Shown one piece after another: positions 18,342 to 28,048 of a stretch of DNA of 64,000 bases. The notes below the pieces were generated by a model. The model had not been told where the DNA came from. It saw nothing but the letters and a program-made list of their open reading frames with translations, and ran no database searches. Each line of letters begins with the position of its first letter. The stretch's first letter is position 1. Both the position numbers and the translations under genes were made by a program. The stretch comes from Gammaproteobacteria bacterium (GTDB lineage Bacteria > Pseudomonadota > Gammaproteobacteria > Steroidobacterales > JBCCMA01). The stretch spans positions 70,790 to 134,789 of the forward strand of contig JBGCEL010000009.1 in the NCBI GenBank assembly GCA_045106455.1, written 5' to 3'.

Positions 18342-18960
18342 GGAAATTAAAAAAATGGTCGGCCGGCCCAAGAGTCACGCCAAAGGCGCCGCGATTCTCG
18401 ATGCGGCCGGTGAGCTGTTTCTAAAGCTCGGCTACAAAGACACGACGATGGACGCGGTGGCGACAGAAGCCGGTGTATCCAAACAAACCGTCTATTCGCA
18501 TTTTGAGGCGAAGGATGCGCTGCTGCGCGCGTGCGTGGACAGCAAAGTGCGCGAATACAAGCTTAGCGCCGACGATATGCCCGACGATCTGCCGCTGGCA
18601 TCCGGCTTGCGCCAAATCGGTCGTCAGTTTGTCGATCTGATTAATGACGACAACGTGATTTGCATGTACCGACTGATCATCAGCGAGAGCGTGGCGCATC
18701 CCCAGATTGCCGCCGCGTTTTACGAAACCGGACCAAAAGCTACGCGCGATGTGATCGCCGGTTTTTTGTGTCGCCATGCCGAGCCTGCCGATCGGTTCGG
18801 CGACGGCCAGCGTGCCGCCGAGATGTTTTTTGTTTTGCTGGAGCACCTGGATGTGATGCATCGGATGATGAACCTCACCGAAGCGATGCCCGAAGAGGAC
18901 CGCGACGTGCACGTAGCAAGCGCCGTCCACCAACTGCTGACGCTGTACCCGGCGGCTTAG
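18340..18960 (+). CDS. TetR/AcrR-family transcriptional repressor
   Basis: N-terminal HTH (TTMDAVATEAGVSKQTVYSHF). It is divergent from the RND operon. An alternative start is the ATG at 18355. Confidence 0.9.
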   Translation: MEIKKMVGRPKSHAKGAAILDAAGELFLKLGYKDTTMDAVATEAGVSKQTVYSHFEAKDALLRACVDSKVREYKLSADDMPDDLPLASGLRQIGRQFVDLINDDNVICMYRLIISESVAHPQIAAAFYETGPKATRDVIAGFLCRHAEPADRFGDGQRAAEMFFVLLEHLDVMHRMMNLTEAMPEEDRDVHVASAVHQLLTLYPAA

Positions 18961-19910
18961 TCGTCGCGCACTTGCAGCGTAGATTGACGCCGTCGATCGA
19001 CATGCAGCTGCGTCACATCGGGACGCGAGTAGTGACCCACCGGATCAAAATTCTGTCGTTCTTCGCGCACCCGCGCATGATCGATATCGGCCGTCAGCAA
19101 ACCTTCATTTTGGGGCACGGGCGCTAACACCCATTCGCCATCCGGTCCGGCCACGCACGAACCCCCGTCGGCCAGAAAATCTTCTTCGGCTGTGACAAGT
19201 TGATCGCGACACAGTGTCTCCGCTGGAAAGTCCGCGCCGCGCATAACGCTCGATACCGACACCACATACGAGCGAGCTTCTTTGGCGATAAAGCGCGTGA
19301 TGTCCTGAGTGTTGTGCATGCCACCGGGCCAGATGGCGTAGTGCAAATCTTCGCCCAGTGCGTACAGCGACGCACGCGGTAACGGCATCCAGTTTTCCCA
19401 ACAGTTCAACGAGCCAAGCGTAAACGCGCCGACCGAATGCACGCGCAAACCGTGCCCATCGCCCGGTGACCAGGTCAGGCGTTCTTCATAGGTGGGCATC
19501 AATTTGCGATGCACCGAAGCAAACTCACCGCGTGCATTAATCGTAACGGCGCTGGCGTACACGCTGTGACCGCCGCGGTCGGACGGACGCTCGATAATGC
19601 CAAGCACCACCGTGATACCGAGCTCGCGTGCGAGCGTGCTGACACGATCAAGATGGCCGGCTTCAATCTGTACCGCCTGATCAAGATAGCGTGCATGAAA
19701 TTCTTTTTGCACGCTGGAATTAAACACGGCGCCGCCGGTGCGCTCGGGCCAAAACGGATAGCCAGGAACAAGCGCTTCGCCAAAACCCACAACATGACAG
19801 CCTTTGGCCGCCGCGTCGCTTATGGTGTCGCATACTTTCGCAAGCGTGGCCTCGCGATCAAGAAAGACGGGGGCGATTTGACCCAGGCCAACGCGCAGCT
19901 GATCACTCAT
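18957..19910 (-). CDS. Nitrilase / carbon-nitrogen hydrolase family protein
   Basis: 317 aa. The contexts of the Glu-Lys-Cys triad are visible (GFGEALVPGY, HRKLMPT, LNCWENWMP). Confidence 0.85.
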   Translation of the reverse strand: MSDQLRVGLGQIAPVFLDREATLAKVCDTISDAAAKGCHVVGFGEALVPGYPFWPERTGGAVFNSSVQKEFHARYLDQAVQIEAGHLDRVSTLARELGITVVLGIIERPSDRGGHSVYASAVTINARGEFASVHRKLMPTYEERLTWSPGDGHGLRVHSVGAFTLGSLNCWENWMPLPRASLYALGEDLHYAIWPGGMHNTQDITRFIAKEARSYVVSVSSVMRGADFPAETLCRDQLVTAEEDFLADGGSCVAGPDGEWVLAPVPQNEGLLTADIDHARVREERQNFDPVGHYSRPDVTQLHVDRRRQSTLQVRDD

Positions 19911-19927
19911 AGTTTGGTCTCTTAAAT

Positions 19928-20140
19928 TTAGTAGTGCGGGGGAACTTCGTGTTGCTCGGATGCCGATCCCTCATCACCTTCACGCAGCGATTTCACGCGC
20001 CCGGCCAACGTCTGGCACCAGGTGCGCAACTCGTCAAGCGAGCGTTGCTGCTGGTACACCTGATCGTTCAGCGTGTTCACAGTGGATTCCAAAAAGGCGA
20101 TCTTCGTTTCAAGCTCGTTGATGCGTTCGTCGCTCATCAC
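19928..20140 (-). CDS. slyX: SlyX-family coiled-coil protein
   Basis: 70 aa. INELETKIAFLESTVNTLNDQVYQQQRSLDEL is typical of SlyX. It overlaps the mnmE stop by 4 nt. Confidence 0.8.
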   Translation of the reverse strand: MMSDERINELETKIAFLESTVNTLNDQVYQQQRSLDELRTWCQTLAGRVKSLREGDEGSASEQHEVPPHY

Positions 20141-21465
20141 TTACCTATACAAAAGCTGGAAAAAATATGGCCCAGCAGATCGTCACTGCTGACCCGACCA
20201 GTAATTTCACCCAGGCACATCTGCGCCAGGCGCAACTCTTCGGCCATAATTTCGCCGGCGCCGTGGTCTTTGAGTTCGTGTGTGCCGGTATCCAAATGGG
20301 TGAAGGCACGCTGCAGGGCATCCAGGTGACGGGTGCGCGCAATCACGTTGCCTTCGGTTGCCTGTTCGATGCCCGCGGCTTTGCGCAGAGCGAGTTTTAG
20401 CTCGTCAAAACCTTCGCCAGTCTGCGCTGAAAGCCACAGAGCGTCGTCGGTTTGTTGCGCGCCTGTTGCGGGCAACAGATCAATTTTATTGTGCACATGA
20501 AGTACGTCGATAGGTGGCAATTCAACACCATCGGCATGTTTGTCGGTCACGTCCATCACGTGGAGTACCAGATCGGCGCGTTCAAATTCGGCGCGTGCAC
20601 GGCGCACGCCTTCGGCTTCAATCGGATCATCGCTGTCGCGCAGTCCGGCGGTATCCACCACGCGCAGGGGCACACCGTCGATCTCGATGTCTTCGCGCAG
20701 CACGTCGCGCGTGGTGCCGGGTCGATCCGTCACAATGGCTGCGTCGTGCCCGGCCAGGCGATTCAACACGCTGGATTTGCCGGCGTTGGGTTTGCCCGCA
20801 ATCACAATGGTCATGCCGTCGCGCAAACGCTGACCCACGCGCGCGCCGTGCAGCAAGGCCTCAAAACGTTCGGTCACATCACCCAAACGCGCATCGACCT
20901 GCGGATCGGATAAGAAATCGACTTCCTCTTCGGGAAAATCGATCGCCGCCTCGATATACACCCGCAGGTTGGTGAGGGCATCGACCAGCGCGTGCACGTC
21001 GCGGGAAAAGTCGCCGTTCAGCGAACGGGCCGCGGCGCGGGCGGCCGTGCGTGTGGCGCTGTTGATCAAATCGACCACCGCTTCGGCCTGCGCCAGATCG
21101 AGCTTGTCATTGAGATACGCCCGCCGCGTGAATTCCCCCGGCTCGGCCAAACGTGCACCGTGGGTCAGCGCGGCTTCCAGCAGTGCGTCGAGCACCACCG
21201 GACCGCCGTGGGCTTGCAGCTCCACCACCGATTCGCCGGTGAATGAATGGGGTGCGGGGAAAAACAGTGCGATACCACGGTCGATGCGCTCGCCATCGGC
21301 GTCCACAAACCAGCGCAGCGCCGCGTCGCGTGGCGCAGGCAGGCTGTCCATCAGTTGGCGGCCGATGCGGGCCGATGCTGCACCGGAAATACGCAGCACG
21401 CCGATGCCGCCACGCCCGGTGGGGGTAGCTAGCGCTGCGATGGTGTCGGTGGCAGGATCCGTCAT
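20137..21465 (-). CDS. mnmE: tRNA modification GTPase MnmE (TrmE)
   Basis: 442 aa with a G-domain (GKPNAGKSS, DTAG) and the C-terminal CIGK motif. Confidence 0.97.
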   Translation of the reverse strand: MTDPATDTIAALATPTGRGGIGVLRISGAASARIGRQLMDSLPAPRDAALRWFVDADGERIDRGIALFFPAPHSFTGESVVELQAHGGPVVLDALLEAALTHGARLAEPGEFTRRAYLNDKLDLAQAEAVVDLINSATRTAARAAARSLNGDFSRDVHALVDALTNLRVYIEAAIDFPEEEVDFLSDPQVDARLGDVTERFEALLHGARVGQRLRDGMTIVIAGKPNAGKSSVLNRLAGHDAAIVTDRPGTTRDVLREDIEIDGVPLRVVDTAGLRDSDDPIEAEGVRRARAEFERADLVLHVMDVTDKHADGVELPPIDVLHVHNKIDLLPATGAQQTDDALWLSAQTGEGFDELKLALRKAAGIEQATEGNVIARTRHLDALQRAFTHLDTGTHELKDHGAGEIMAEELRLAQMCLGEITGRVSSDDLLGHIFSSFCIGK

Positions 21466-21548
21466 TGCACAAGTTTATCAGCGGGGCTGTGATAAGTGGT
21501 CCATAAGTCCGGTCTGATGATGTCAGACACCTTTTTTGGGAGAGCAGC

Positions 21549-22760
21549 ATGCCCGTTTCCACGGTTAAATTTAAGAATCAAGCTGGCGAGGCCCTGTCGG
21601 GTCGTCTGACGCTACCGGACACACGTGCGCCCCACGCGTTCGCGTTGTTCGCGCATTGCTTTACCTGCACCAAGAATTTCACGGCGACGCGCAACATTGC
21701 GGCGGCGCTAGCCGATGAGGGCATCGCGACCCTGGTGTTCGATTTCACCGGGCTTGGCAGCAGCGAAGGCGAGTTTGCCGACAGCAACTTTTCGACCAAC
21801 GTGGAAGATTTGGTGGCCGCTGCCGACTATCTGGCGCAAGACTACGAGGCGCCCAAGCTCCTCGTAGGTCACTCGCTCGGTGGCACGGCCGTGCTCAAAG
21901 CGGCCGCCGGTATTCCATCGGCTCTGGCGGTCGCCACGCTTGGCTCGCCGTCGCATGCCCAGCACGTGGAGCATTTGGTCGCCGACAAAGCCGCCGACAT
22001 CGAACGCGATGGTGAGGCCAAAGTACTGTTGGCGGGCCGACCGTTCTCCATCAAACGCCAGTTTCTCGAGGACATCCGCTCGGCGCCGATACTTGATGAT
22101 GTGGCGAATCTGCGCAAGGCGCTATTGGTGATGCATGCGCCGCTCGATGACACCGTAGAAATGAGTAACGCCACCGATGTGTTCGTGCGCGCCAAACACC
22201 CCAAGAGTTTTGTCAGCCTGGACGATGCGGATCATCTGCTCACTGACACCGAACACTCCGGCTACGCGGGCCGTGTGATTGCCGCGTGGGCGCAAAAATA
22301 TATTGGTGCGGGCACAACGGGCATCGAAGAAGTACCGGGTGCGGTGACCGCGCGCACTGGCGGGCATAAATTTCTGACGCAAATTAACGCCGCGGGTCAT
22401 CCGTTCGTGGCTGACGAACCGGCGTCGGTGGGCGGCACTGACATTGGCCCAAGCCCGTACGATCTGCTTAGCGCCGCGCTTGCCAGCTGCACCACCATGA
22501 CATTGAAAATGTACGCGGACCATAAAAAGTGGCCAATGGAAACGGCCACCGCGACCGTGTGGCATGAAAAAATACACGGCCGTGATTGCGAAGACTGCGA
22601 GTCAGCCGACGACGCAAAAGTGGACGTGTTTGAACGCGAGGTAAAAGTCACGGGCGATTTGAGCGAGGAGCAGCGCGCAAGGCTGCTCGAAATCGCGGAT
22701 CGTTGCCCGGTACATCGCACCCTGCACGGTGAAGTGAAGGTGCGAACCAGCGGTGGTTAG
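21549..22760 (+). CDS. Fusion protein: alpha/beta hydrolase (N-terminal) + OsmC/Ohr-family peroxiredoxin-like domain (C-terminal)
   Basis: The N-terminal half has the GHSLGG nucleophile elbow. The C-terminal ~140 aa has the two OsmC cysteines (ALASCTTMT and IADRCPVHRT). Confidence 0.85.
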   Translation: MPVSTVKFKNQAGEALSGRLTLPDTRAPHAFALFAHCFTCTKNFTATRNIAAALADEGIATLVFDFTGLGSSEGEFADSNFSTNVEDLVAAADYLAQDYEAPKLLVGHSLGGTAVLKAAAGIPSALAVATLGSPSHAQHVEHLVADKAADIERDGEAKVLLAGRPFSIKRQFLEDIRSAPILDDVANLRKALLVMHAPLDDTVEMSNATDVFVRAKHPKSFVSLDDADHLLTDTEHSGYAGRVIAAWAQKYIGAGTTGIEEVPGAVTARTGGHKFLTQINAAGHPFVADEPASVGGTDIGPSPYDLLSAALASCTTMTLKMYADHKKWPMETATATVWHEKIHGRDCEDCESADDAKVDVFEREVKVTGDLSEEQRARLLEIADRCPVHRTLHGEVKVRTSGG

Positions 22761-24409
22761 GCGGCGCCGACCACGCGGTTAATGCGCCACTGCTGCAACA
22801 CCGACAACACGGTATTGACCACCCAGTAGAGTACGAGGCCCGCCGGGAAAAAGGCGAAAAACACCGACATCATCAGCGGCATCACGGTCATCACTTTGGC
22901 CGTGGTGGGATCCGCCGGTGGGGGGTTGAGCTTGGTCTGAATAAACATGGCGACGGCCATAATCAGAGGCAGGATATAAAACGGGTCTTTCGACGACAGA
23001 TCCGTAATCCACAGTGCGAACGGCGCCTGGCGCAATTCGACACTCTCGATCAATACCCAGTACAGCGCCAGGAACACCGGCATCTGCAACAGCATCGGCA
23101 GACAGCTCGACATCGGATTGACGCCTTCTGTCTTGTACAAATTCATCATCTCGCGACTGAGCGCCTGGCGATCGTCTTTGTAGCGCTCCTGTAGCGTTTT
23201 CATGCGCGGTGCAAGCTTGCGCATCTTGGCCATGGAGCGACCGCTTTTCTCTGCCAACGGGTAAAACACAATTTTGATCAGGATCGTCAGCAAGATAATC
23301 GCGACGCCCCAGTTCTGCACAAAGCCGTGAATTTTTTGCAGCAAAAAGAACAGCGGTTGCGACAACACGGACAAAATGCCGTAGTCCACAGTGCGCACCA
23401 AACCCGGTGCCAGATCCGCCAGTTGCTCCTGAACTTTTGGTCCAACGAACAGTTGATGCGTCATGGTTTGCGAGCTGCCCGCCGCGATGGTAACGGCCGG
23501 CAGTACGGCGCTGATCAGTTCGCGGCCATCGTCGCTGACGCGGGATGAATACTTCGCATCCTGACCAGCAGGTGGAATCACCGCGGATAGAAAGTGATGT
23601 TCGATGGTGGCAATCCAACCATCAGGCGCGGTGATGTCCAGCGGGGTTTTTACCAGCTCTTTGTGTTTGTATTTCTCGGCGGCTTTGCCGTCATACACCA
23701 CCGAGCCGAGGAACGAATAAGAATCGACATTAAACATGCTGCGTTTAACCGGCACGTGTTTGCGCTGTACCTGCACGTAGTGAGCCGCAGTAAAAGCTTC
23801 GCCGCTGTCGTTACGTACGTCGAGCGCCACATCAATGTTGTAACGACCGCGATAGAATGTGAACGTCTTGGTGGCCGTAACGCCGTTGGCATCGCGCCAC
23901 GTTAGGGGCACGCTCAGTGATTCTGCACCGTCGGCAAGTTCGTACTGCGTCGCATCGGCCGCAAAACGTTTCTCATGATTGGGTGCGGAAGCGCCGCCGG
24001 CACGCACCAGGCCGCTTTGAATCAAATCGAGTTCCGCCGGCGCTCTGCTTAAAATGCTGACCAGTTCGTCCGGGCGATCTTTTTGCACCGGATAGTTTCG
24101 CAGCGCCACATCCACCAGCTGCGCGCCGTTGGTATCGATCTCAAGTTCGAACACATCGGTTTTTACGCGCACGCGCGGTGCCAGTTCCGACACGGTGGCC
24201 GCCGGGCCGACAGACGTTTCGGTGACCGCGGCGTTGGGCAAACCTGGCAATGTTGGCAAACCCGGCTCGACCGCGCCTGCGGTGGTGGTGGCGGTGGTCG
24301 CTTCAGCCACCTGCGCCACGGGCTGCGGACCGTAGTCGCGCTGCCAGGCCTGATACATCATTAAATAGATCAGACCCAGCGAGGCCCACAACAAAAAACG
24401 ATTATCCAT
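22757..24409 (-). CDS. yidC: Membrane protein insertase YidC
   Basis: YidC-like along its full length, including the large periplasmic P1 domain and the C-terminal 5-TM core. I chose the start at 24409 ([22 protein letters not shown]) rather than 24469. Confidence 0.95.
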   Translation of the reverse strand: MDNRFLLWASLGLIYLMMYQAWQRDYGPQPVAQVAEATTATTTAGAVEPGLPTLPGLPNAAVTETSVGPAATVSELAPRVRVKTDVFELEIDTNGAQLVDVALRNYPVQKDRPDELVSILSRAPAELDLIQSGLVRAGGASAPNHEKRFAADATQYELADGAESLSVPLTWRDANGVTATKTFTFYRGRYNIDVALDVRNDSGEAFTAAHYVQVQRKHVPVKRSMFNVDSYSFLGSVVYDGKAAEKYKHKELVKTPLDITAPDGWIATIEHHFLSAVIPPAGQDAKYSSRVSDDGRELISAVLPAVTIAAGSSQTMTHQLFVGPKVQEQLADLAPGLVRTVDYGILSVLSQPLFFLLQKIHGFVQNWGVAIILLTILIKIVFYPLAEKSGRSMAKMRKLAPRMKTLQERYKDDRQALSREMMNLYKTEGVNPMSSCLPMLLQMPVFLALYWVLIESVELRQAPFALWITDLSSKDPFYILPLIMAVAMFIQTKLNPPPADPTTAKVMTVMPLMMSVFFAFFPAGLVLYWVVNTVLSVLQQWRINRVVGAA

Positions 24410-24650
24410 GATGCAGACCTTTGTCAGCCGGGTTGGGGCGAGCGGGTACGTCGTCGATGCCACCTTCACACCAGGGGTGGCAACGACCCAGTCGTTTTAA
24501 TGCCATCCAGCCACCGCGCAATGCGCCGTATTCGGTCACCGCCTGTTGGGCGTAGCTCGAACAGGTGGGGTAGTACCGACAGTGCGGTCCGAACATCGGA
24601 CTGATGGCGACCTGATAAAAACGAATCAGGGAAAGAATTAACGTACGCAT
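24402..24650 (-). CDS. yidD: Membrane protein insertion efficiency factor YidD
   Basis: 82 aa with the conserved motifs FYQVAISP and [11 protein letters not shown]. Confidence 0.9.
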   Translation of the reverse strand: MRTLILSLIRFYQVAISPMFGPHCRYYPTCSSYAQQAVTEYGALRGGWMALKRLGRCHPWCEGGIDDVPARPNPADKGLHHG

Positions 24651-25012
24651 TTGTTAGTAATGACCTGCCAGTGTTTTTCAAGGCTCTCGCGCAGCGGCGG
24701 GTTGGCAATCTTACCCGCACCGGGTTTGACAATCACCACAATATCGACACCGGGCAGAGCGCCGAGGGCGTGGCGGAAGCTTTCACGGATCACCCGTTTG
24801 AGCCGATTTCGACCCACGGCGCTGCCGCAAGCTTTGCGTGCCACGGCACTGCCAAGACGGGCGGGATTGTCTGTTCGGTGGGCGAGCACAGTGAAATACC
24901 GATCGTGGGATCGGACATTGCGTTTAAAAACTGTGCGAAAGTCGTTCGGCTTAAGAAGACGCGACGAGCGCGCATAGCGGTATGATGGACCACGGCCAGG
25001 CGGGCCGCCCAT
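24638..25012 (-). CDS. rnpA: Ribonuclease P protein component
   Basis: A basic 124-aa protein ([12 protein letters not shown]..., [15 protein letters not shown]) sitting between rpmH and yidD. The exact start is uncertain. Confidence 0.85.
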   Translation of the reverse strand: MGGPPGRGPSYRYARSSRLLKPNDFRTVFKRNVRSHDRYFTVLAHRTDNPARLGSAVARKACGSAVGRNRLKRVIRESFRHALGALPGVDIVVIVKPGAGKIANPPLRESLEKHWQVITNKCVR

Positions 25013-25025
25013 TCAAACGTCCGCT

Positions 25026-25160
25026 TTAGGGCGTCAGGCGTTTGCGACCGCGAGCGCGGCGGCGCTTCAAAACGGCGCGACCGGCTTTTGTCGCCATGCG
25101 GGCGCGAAATCCGTGTGTACGGGCGCGTTTAAGGTTGCTTGGCTGAAAAGTGCGTTTCAT
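25026..25160 (-). CDS. rpmH: 50S ribosomal protein L34
   Basis: Too short for the ORF track. My reverse-strand translation is [44 protein letters not shown], which is canonical L34. Confidence 0.95.
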   Translation of the reverse strand: MKRTFQPSNLKRARTHGFRARMATKAGRAVLKRRRARGRKRLTP

Positions 25161-25274
25161 GGCGTTGTCGTCAAATGTTAGGCGTAAAGCCGGGTTGATC
25201 GGATCGAGAGTCGGGCAAGGTTACGCACGGTCCCGGTCACTGTCAATAGCCCGCAGGCGTCTCTAAAAATACCC

Positions 25275-25283
25275 TGTGGATAA
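25275..25283. promoter_or_regulatory. Perfect DnaA box (TGTGGATAA) in the rpmH-dnaA spacer, probably for dnaA autoregulation
   Basis: An exact match to the complement of the TTATCCACA consensus, about 78 nt upstream of the dnaA TTG start. It is the only perfect box in this spacer. Confidence 0.5.
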
Positions 25284-25360
25284 GTCAAAAAAAGAGGTAT
25301 AGACTCTGCCGTCCCCCGTGTGAGCTTCACACCCATTTACTACCGTGCAGGGAGACGACG

Positions 25361-26719
25361 TTGTCGGCTGCGCTCTGGAATAGCTGTCTCAAAATCCTTC
25401 AGTCTGAGCTCGCACCAGAGACCTTCAGTACGTGGATTTCACCACTTCAGGTGGATGAAAAAGACAATAGAATCAATTTATTAGCTCCTAATCACCACGT
25501 TGTGGCGTGGCTGCGCGAAAACACGTTGCCACGTATCCGCGCGATCATGGACGATCTGGCCGAACGCGAGCAAATGAACCCGGTACCGGTTGTGAGTCTT
25601 GGCGTTGGCAGTCTCGATGCACTGACGCACGAAGACAAACCGGCCAGGCCCACAATGGCCCCCGCTGATACGCCACCAAAATTGCCCGCAAACGCGCGCG
25701 GCAACCGCGTCAACGAGAAATTTACGTTCGATAATTTCGTTGAGGGCAAAAGCAATGAATTCGCGCGCGCCGCCGCGATGGGCGCCGCGGAGAACCCCGG
25801 GGTGACCTACAACCCGCTGTTTATTTACGGCGGGGTAGGTCTTGGAAAAACCCATTTAATGCAGGCGGTCGGCAACAAGATCCGCGAAAAGCGCAAAGGC
25901 GCGCGCATCCTGTACATCAACTCAGAGCGCTTCGTGGGCGATATGGTACGTGCGCTTCAACACAATTCTATTAATGAATTCAAACAGATATACCGCACGC
26001 CGGACGCTCTGCTGATTGACGACATTCAGTTTTTCGCCGGCAAAGAGCGCTCCCAGGAAGAATTTTTTCATACCTTCAACGCGCTGTTTGAGGCCGATCA
26101 ACAGATCGTGCTGACCAGTGATCGACATCCAAAAGAGCTCGATCGGGTGGAAGAGCGTTTGCGCTCTCGCTTCAGTTTGGGCATCACCGCGTCCATCGAT
26201 CCACCGGAACTCGAGACCAGCGTGGCGATTTTGAAACGCAAAGCTATTGCTATGGGCGTCGCTCTGCAGGACGATGTGGCGTTTTTCACAGCCAAGCTAA
26301 TTCGCTCGAACGTGCGTGAGCTCGAGGGCGGTTTGCGTCGGCTGATTGCAGGTTCGCAGTTTACGGGTCAGCCGATTTCGGTGGACTTTGCCAAGGAAAC
26401 GTTTAAAGACCTCCTGGCGCTGCGTAATCGCTCTGTGACGATCGATAACATCAAAAAGACCGTGGCCGAATATTTTTCGATCCGCGTGTCGGACTTGTTG
26501 TCACCGAAACGCACGCGATCCATTACGCGACCGCGGCAGATAGCAATGTCGATTGCCAAGGAGCTGACCCAGCATAGCTTGCCTGAAATTGGCAGTGCAT
26601 TTGGTGGGCGAGATCACACGACTGTTCTGCATGCTTGTAGAAAAGTCAAAGAGTTACGTGAGAATGACACGCGTGTGGAAGAAGACTACACAAACCTGTT
26701 GAGAACCTTGGATCAATAG
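25361..26719 (+). CDS. dnaA: Chromosomal replication initiator protein DnaA
   Basis: 452 aa with a TTG start. The N-terminus (LWNSCLKILQSEL...FSTWISPL) is DnaA-like. It has an AAA+ Walker A (GGVGLGKTHL) and a C-terminal DNA-binding domain. Confidence 0.98.
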   Translation: MSAALWNSCLKILQSELAPETFSTWISPLQVDEKDNRINLLAPNHHVVAWLRENTLPRIRAIMDDLAEREQMNPVPVVSLGVGSLDALTHEDKPARPTMAPADTPPKLPANARGNRVNEKFTFDNFVEGKSNEFARAAAMGAAENPGVTYNPLFIYGGVGLGKTHLMQAVGNKIREKRKGARILYINSERFVGDMVRALQHNSINEFKQIYRTPDALLIDDIQFFAGKERSQEEFFHTFNALFEADQQIVLTSDRHPKELDRVEERLRSRFSLGITASIDPPELETSVAILKRKAIAMGVALQDDVAFFTAKLIRSNVRELEGGLRRLIAGSQFTGQPISVDFAKETFKDLLALRNRSVTIDNIKKTVAEYFSIRVSDLLSPKRTRSITRPRQIAMSIAKELTQHSLPEIGSAFGGRDHTTVLHACRKVKELRENDTRVEEDYTNLLRTLDQ

Positions 26720-26912
26720 GTGGATGAAGCTGTGGATAACTTTAGGAGGCAATTTGTCCCCTCTTTATCCACAGGGTTCAGGGAGTTTTATCCCGGCTTT
26801 ATCACTCGCGTAGAGCATTGATTTAATTGATTTTATTGGGCTTATTCAGGGCAAAACAGTCCCTTAATAACAACAATAAAGTATATATATATCTTAATTA
26901 ATTATTAGATAG
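26719..26912. other. Candidate oriC: a DnaA-box cluster followed by an AT-rich unwinding element, in the dnaA-dnaN spacer
   Basis: Perfect boxes are TGTGGATAA (26731..26739) and TTATCCACA (26765..26773). Weaker boxes lie at 26719..26727, 26788..26796 and 26799..26807. Tandem 9-mers TTGATTTAA/TTGATTTTA occupy 26818..26835. A near-pure A/T stretch spans about 26864..26910. Confidence 0.55.
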
Positions 26913-26923
26913 GACAACGTGCG

Positions 26924-28024
26924 ATGAAATTTCGAGCGCCCCGAGAAACGCTTCTTGCTCCTCTGCAGGCCGTGGTTGGTGTTGTAGAGCGACGTCAGAC
27001 GATGCCGATACTAGCCAACTTCCTGCTGGTCGCCGCTGACGGGAAATTGTCGGTAACGGCGACTGATCTTGAAGTGGAGTTATTGGCAACGGACGAAGCA
27101 GAAGTGTTGGAGGACGGTGAAATCACCGTACCCGGACGCAAGTTTCTCGATATCGTGCGTGCACTCCCCGATGGCGCTGCGGTGACGGTGACGCTCAAAG
27201 GCGATCGAGTCACGGTCACTTCGGGTCGCAGTCGGTTCACACTGTCGACGTTACCGGCCGCTGAGTTTCCAACGGTGGACAATATTGGGGCGCAGCAAAC
27301 CATTGCGCTGCCACAAGGCGACATGAAGCGTTTGCTGGAGAAAACCCAGTTTGCGATGGCAAACCACGATGTGCGCTATTACCTGAACGGGTTGCTACTT
27401 GAAGTGGGCAGCAAGCGTTTGCGCTCGGTTGCCACAGACGGACACCGCCTGGCGATGTGCGATATCGAGCTTGAGCATGGCGGCAACGCGCAGCAGCAGG
27501 TGATTATTCCGCGCAAGGGCGTTTTGGAATTGCAGCGCATGCTGTCGGATGAAGGTGCTGAGATTCGTATGTCGATCGGCAGCAACCATGTTCGTGTGGA
27601 GATCAATGATCTGCGCTTCACCTCGAAACTGATCGACGGGCGTTTTCCTGAGTATGAGCGGGTTATCCCCAAGACTCAGGATGAGGGCGTGAAAACGGAA
27701 CGCGCGCCGCTGCGCAATGCGTTACAGCGTACGGCTATCCTCTCAAACGAAAAATACCGGGGTATTCGCTTAGCCCTCAAAGACAACACGATGGTCATCC
27801 AGGCTCACAATCCGGAGCAGGAAGAAGCCGAAGAGCAGCTCGAAGTGGAATACGTCGGCACCGGCGTCGAGATCGGCTTCAACGTGAATTACCTGCTGGA
27901 CGCGCTGGGCGCGTTGGAAGACGAAAATGTGGAAATGCAGGTAACCGACGCAAACAGTAGCTGCATTATCCGGGATCCGGGTGAGAAGCAGTGCACCTAC
28001 GTCGTTATGCCGATGCGCCTGTAG
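26924..28024 (+). CDS. dnaN: DNA polymerase III beta sliding clamp
   Basis: 366 aa and DnaN-like along its full length (MKFRAPRETLLAPLQAVVGVVERRQTMPILANFLL...VVMPMRL). Confidence 0.98.
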   Translation: MKFRAPRETLLAPLQAVVGVVERRQTMPILANFLLVAADGKLSVTATDLEVELLATDEAEVLEDGEITVPGRKFLDIVRALPDGAAVTVTLKGDRVTVTSGRSRFTLSTLPAAEFPTVDNIGAQQTIALPQGDMKRLLEKTQFAMANHDVRYYLNGLLLEVGSKRLRSVATDGHRLAMCDIELEHGGNAQQQVIIPRKGVLELQRMLSDEGAEIRMSIGSNHVRVEINDLRFTSKLIDGRFPEYERVIPKTQDEGVKTERAPLRNALQRTAILSNEKYRGIRLALKDNTMVIQAHNPEQEEAEEQLEVEYVGTGVEIGFNVNYLLDALGALEDENVEMQVTDANSSCIIRDPGEKQCTYVVMPMRL

Positions 28025-28048
28025 AACCGGAGTATCCGGCCACCCTTC

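Noticed and set aside
22779-23618. 279-codon alternative-frame ORF inside yidC, together with similar long shadow ORFs at 5006..5728, 2962..3558, 40661..41359, 44029..44670, 61445..62098 and 62415..63248
   Set aside because: All of them overlap strongly supported genes in other frames or on the other strand. Their R/A/G-rich composition is what GC-rich non-coding frames produce.
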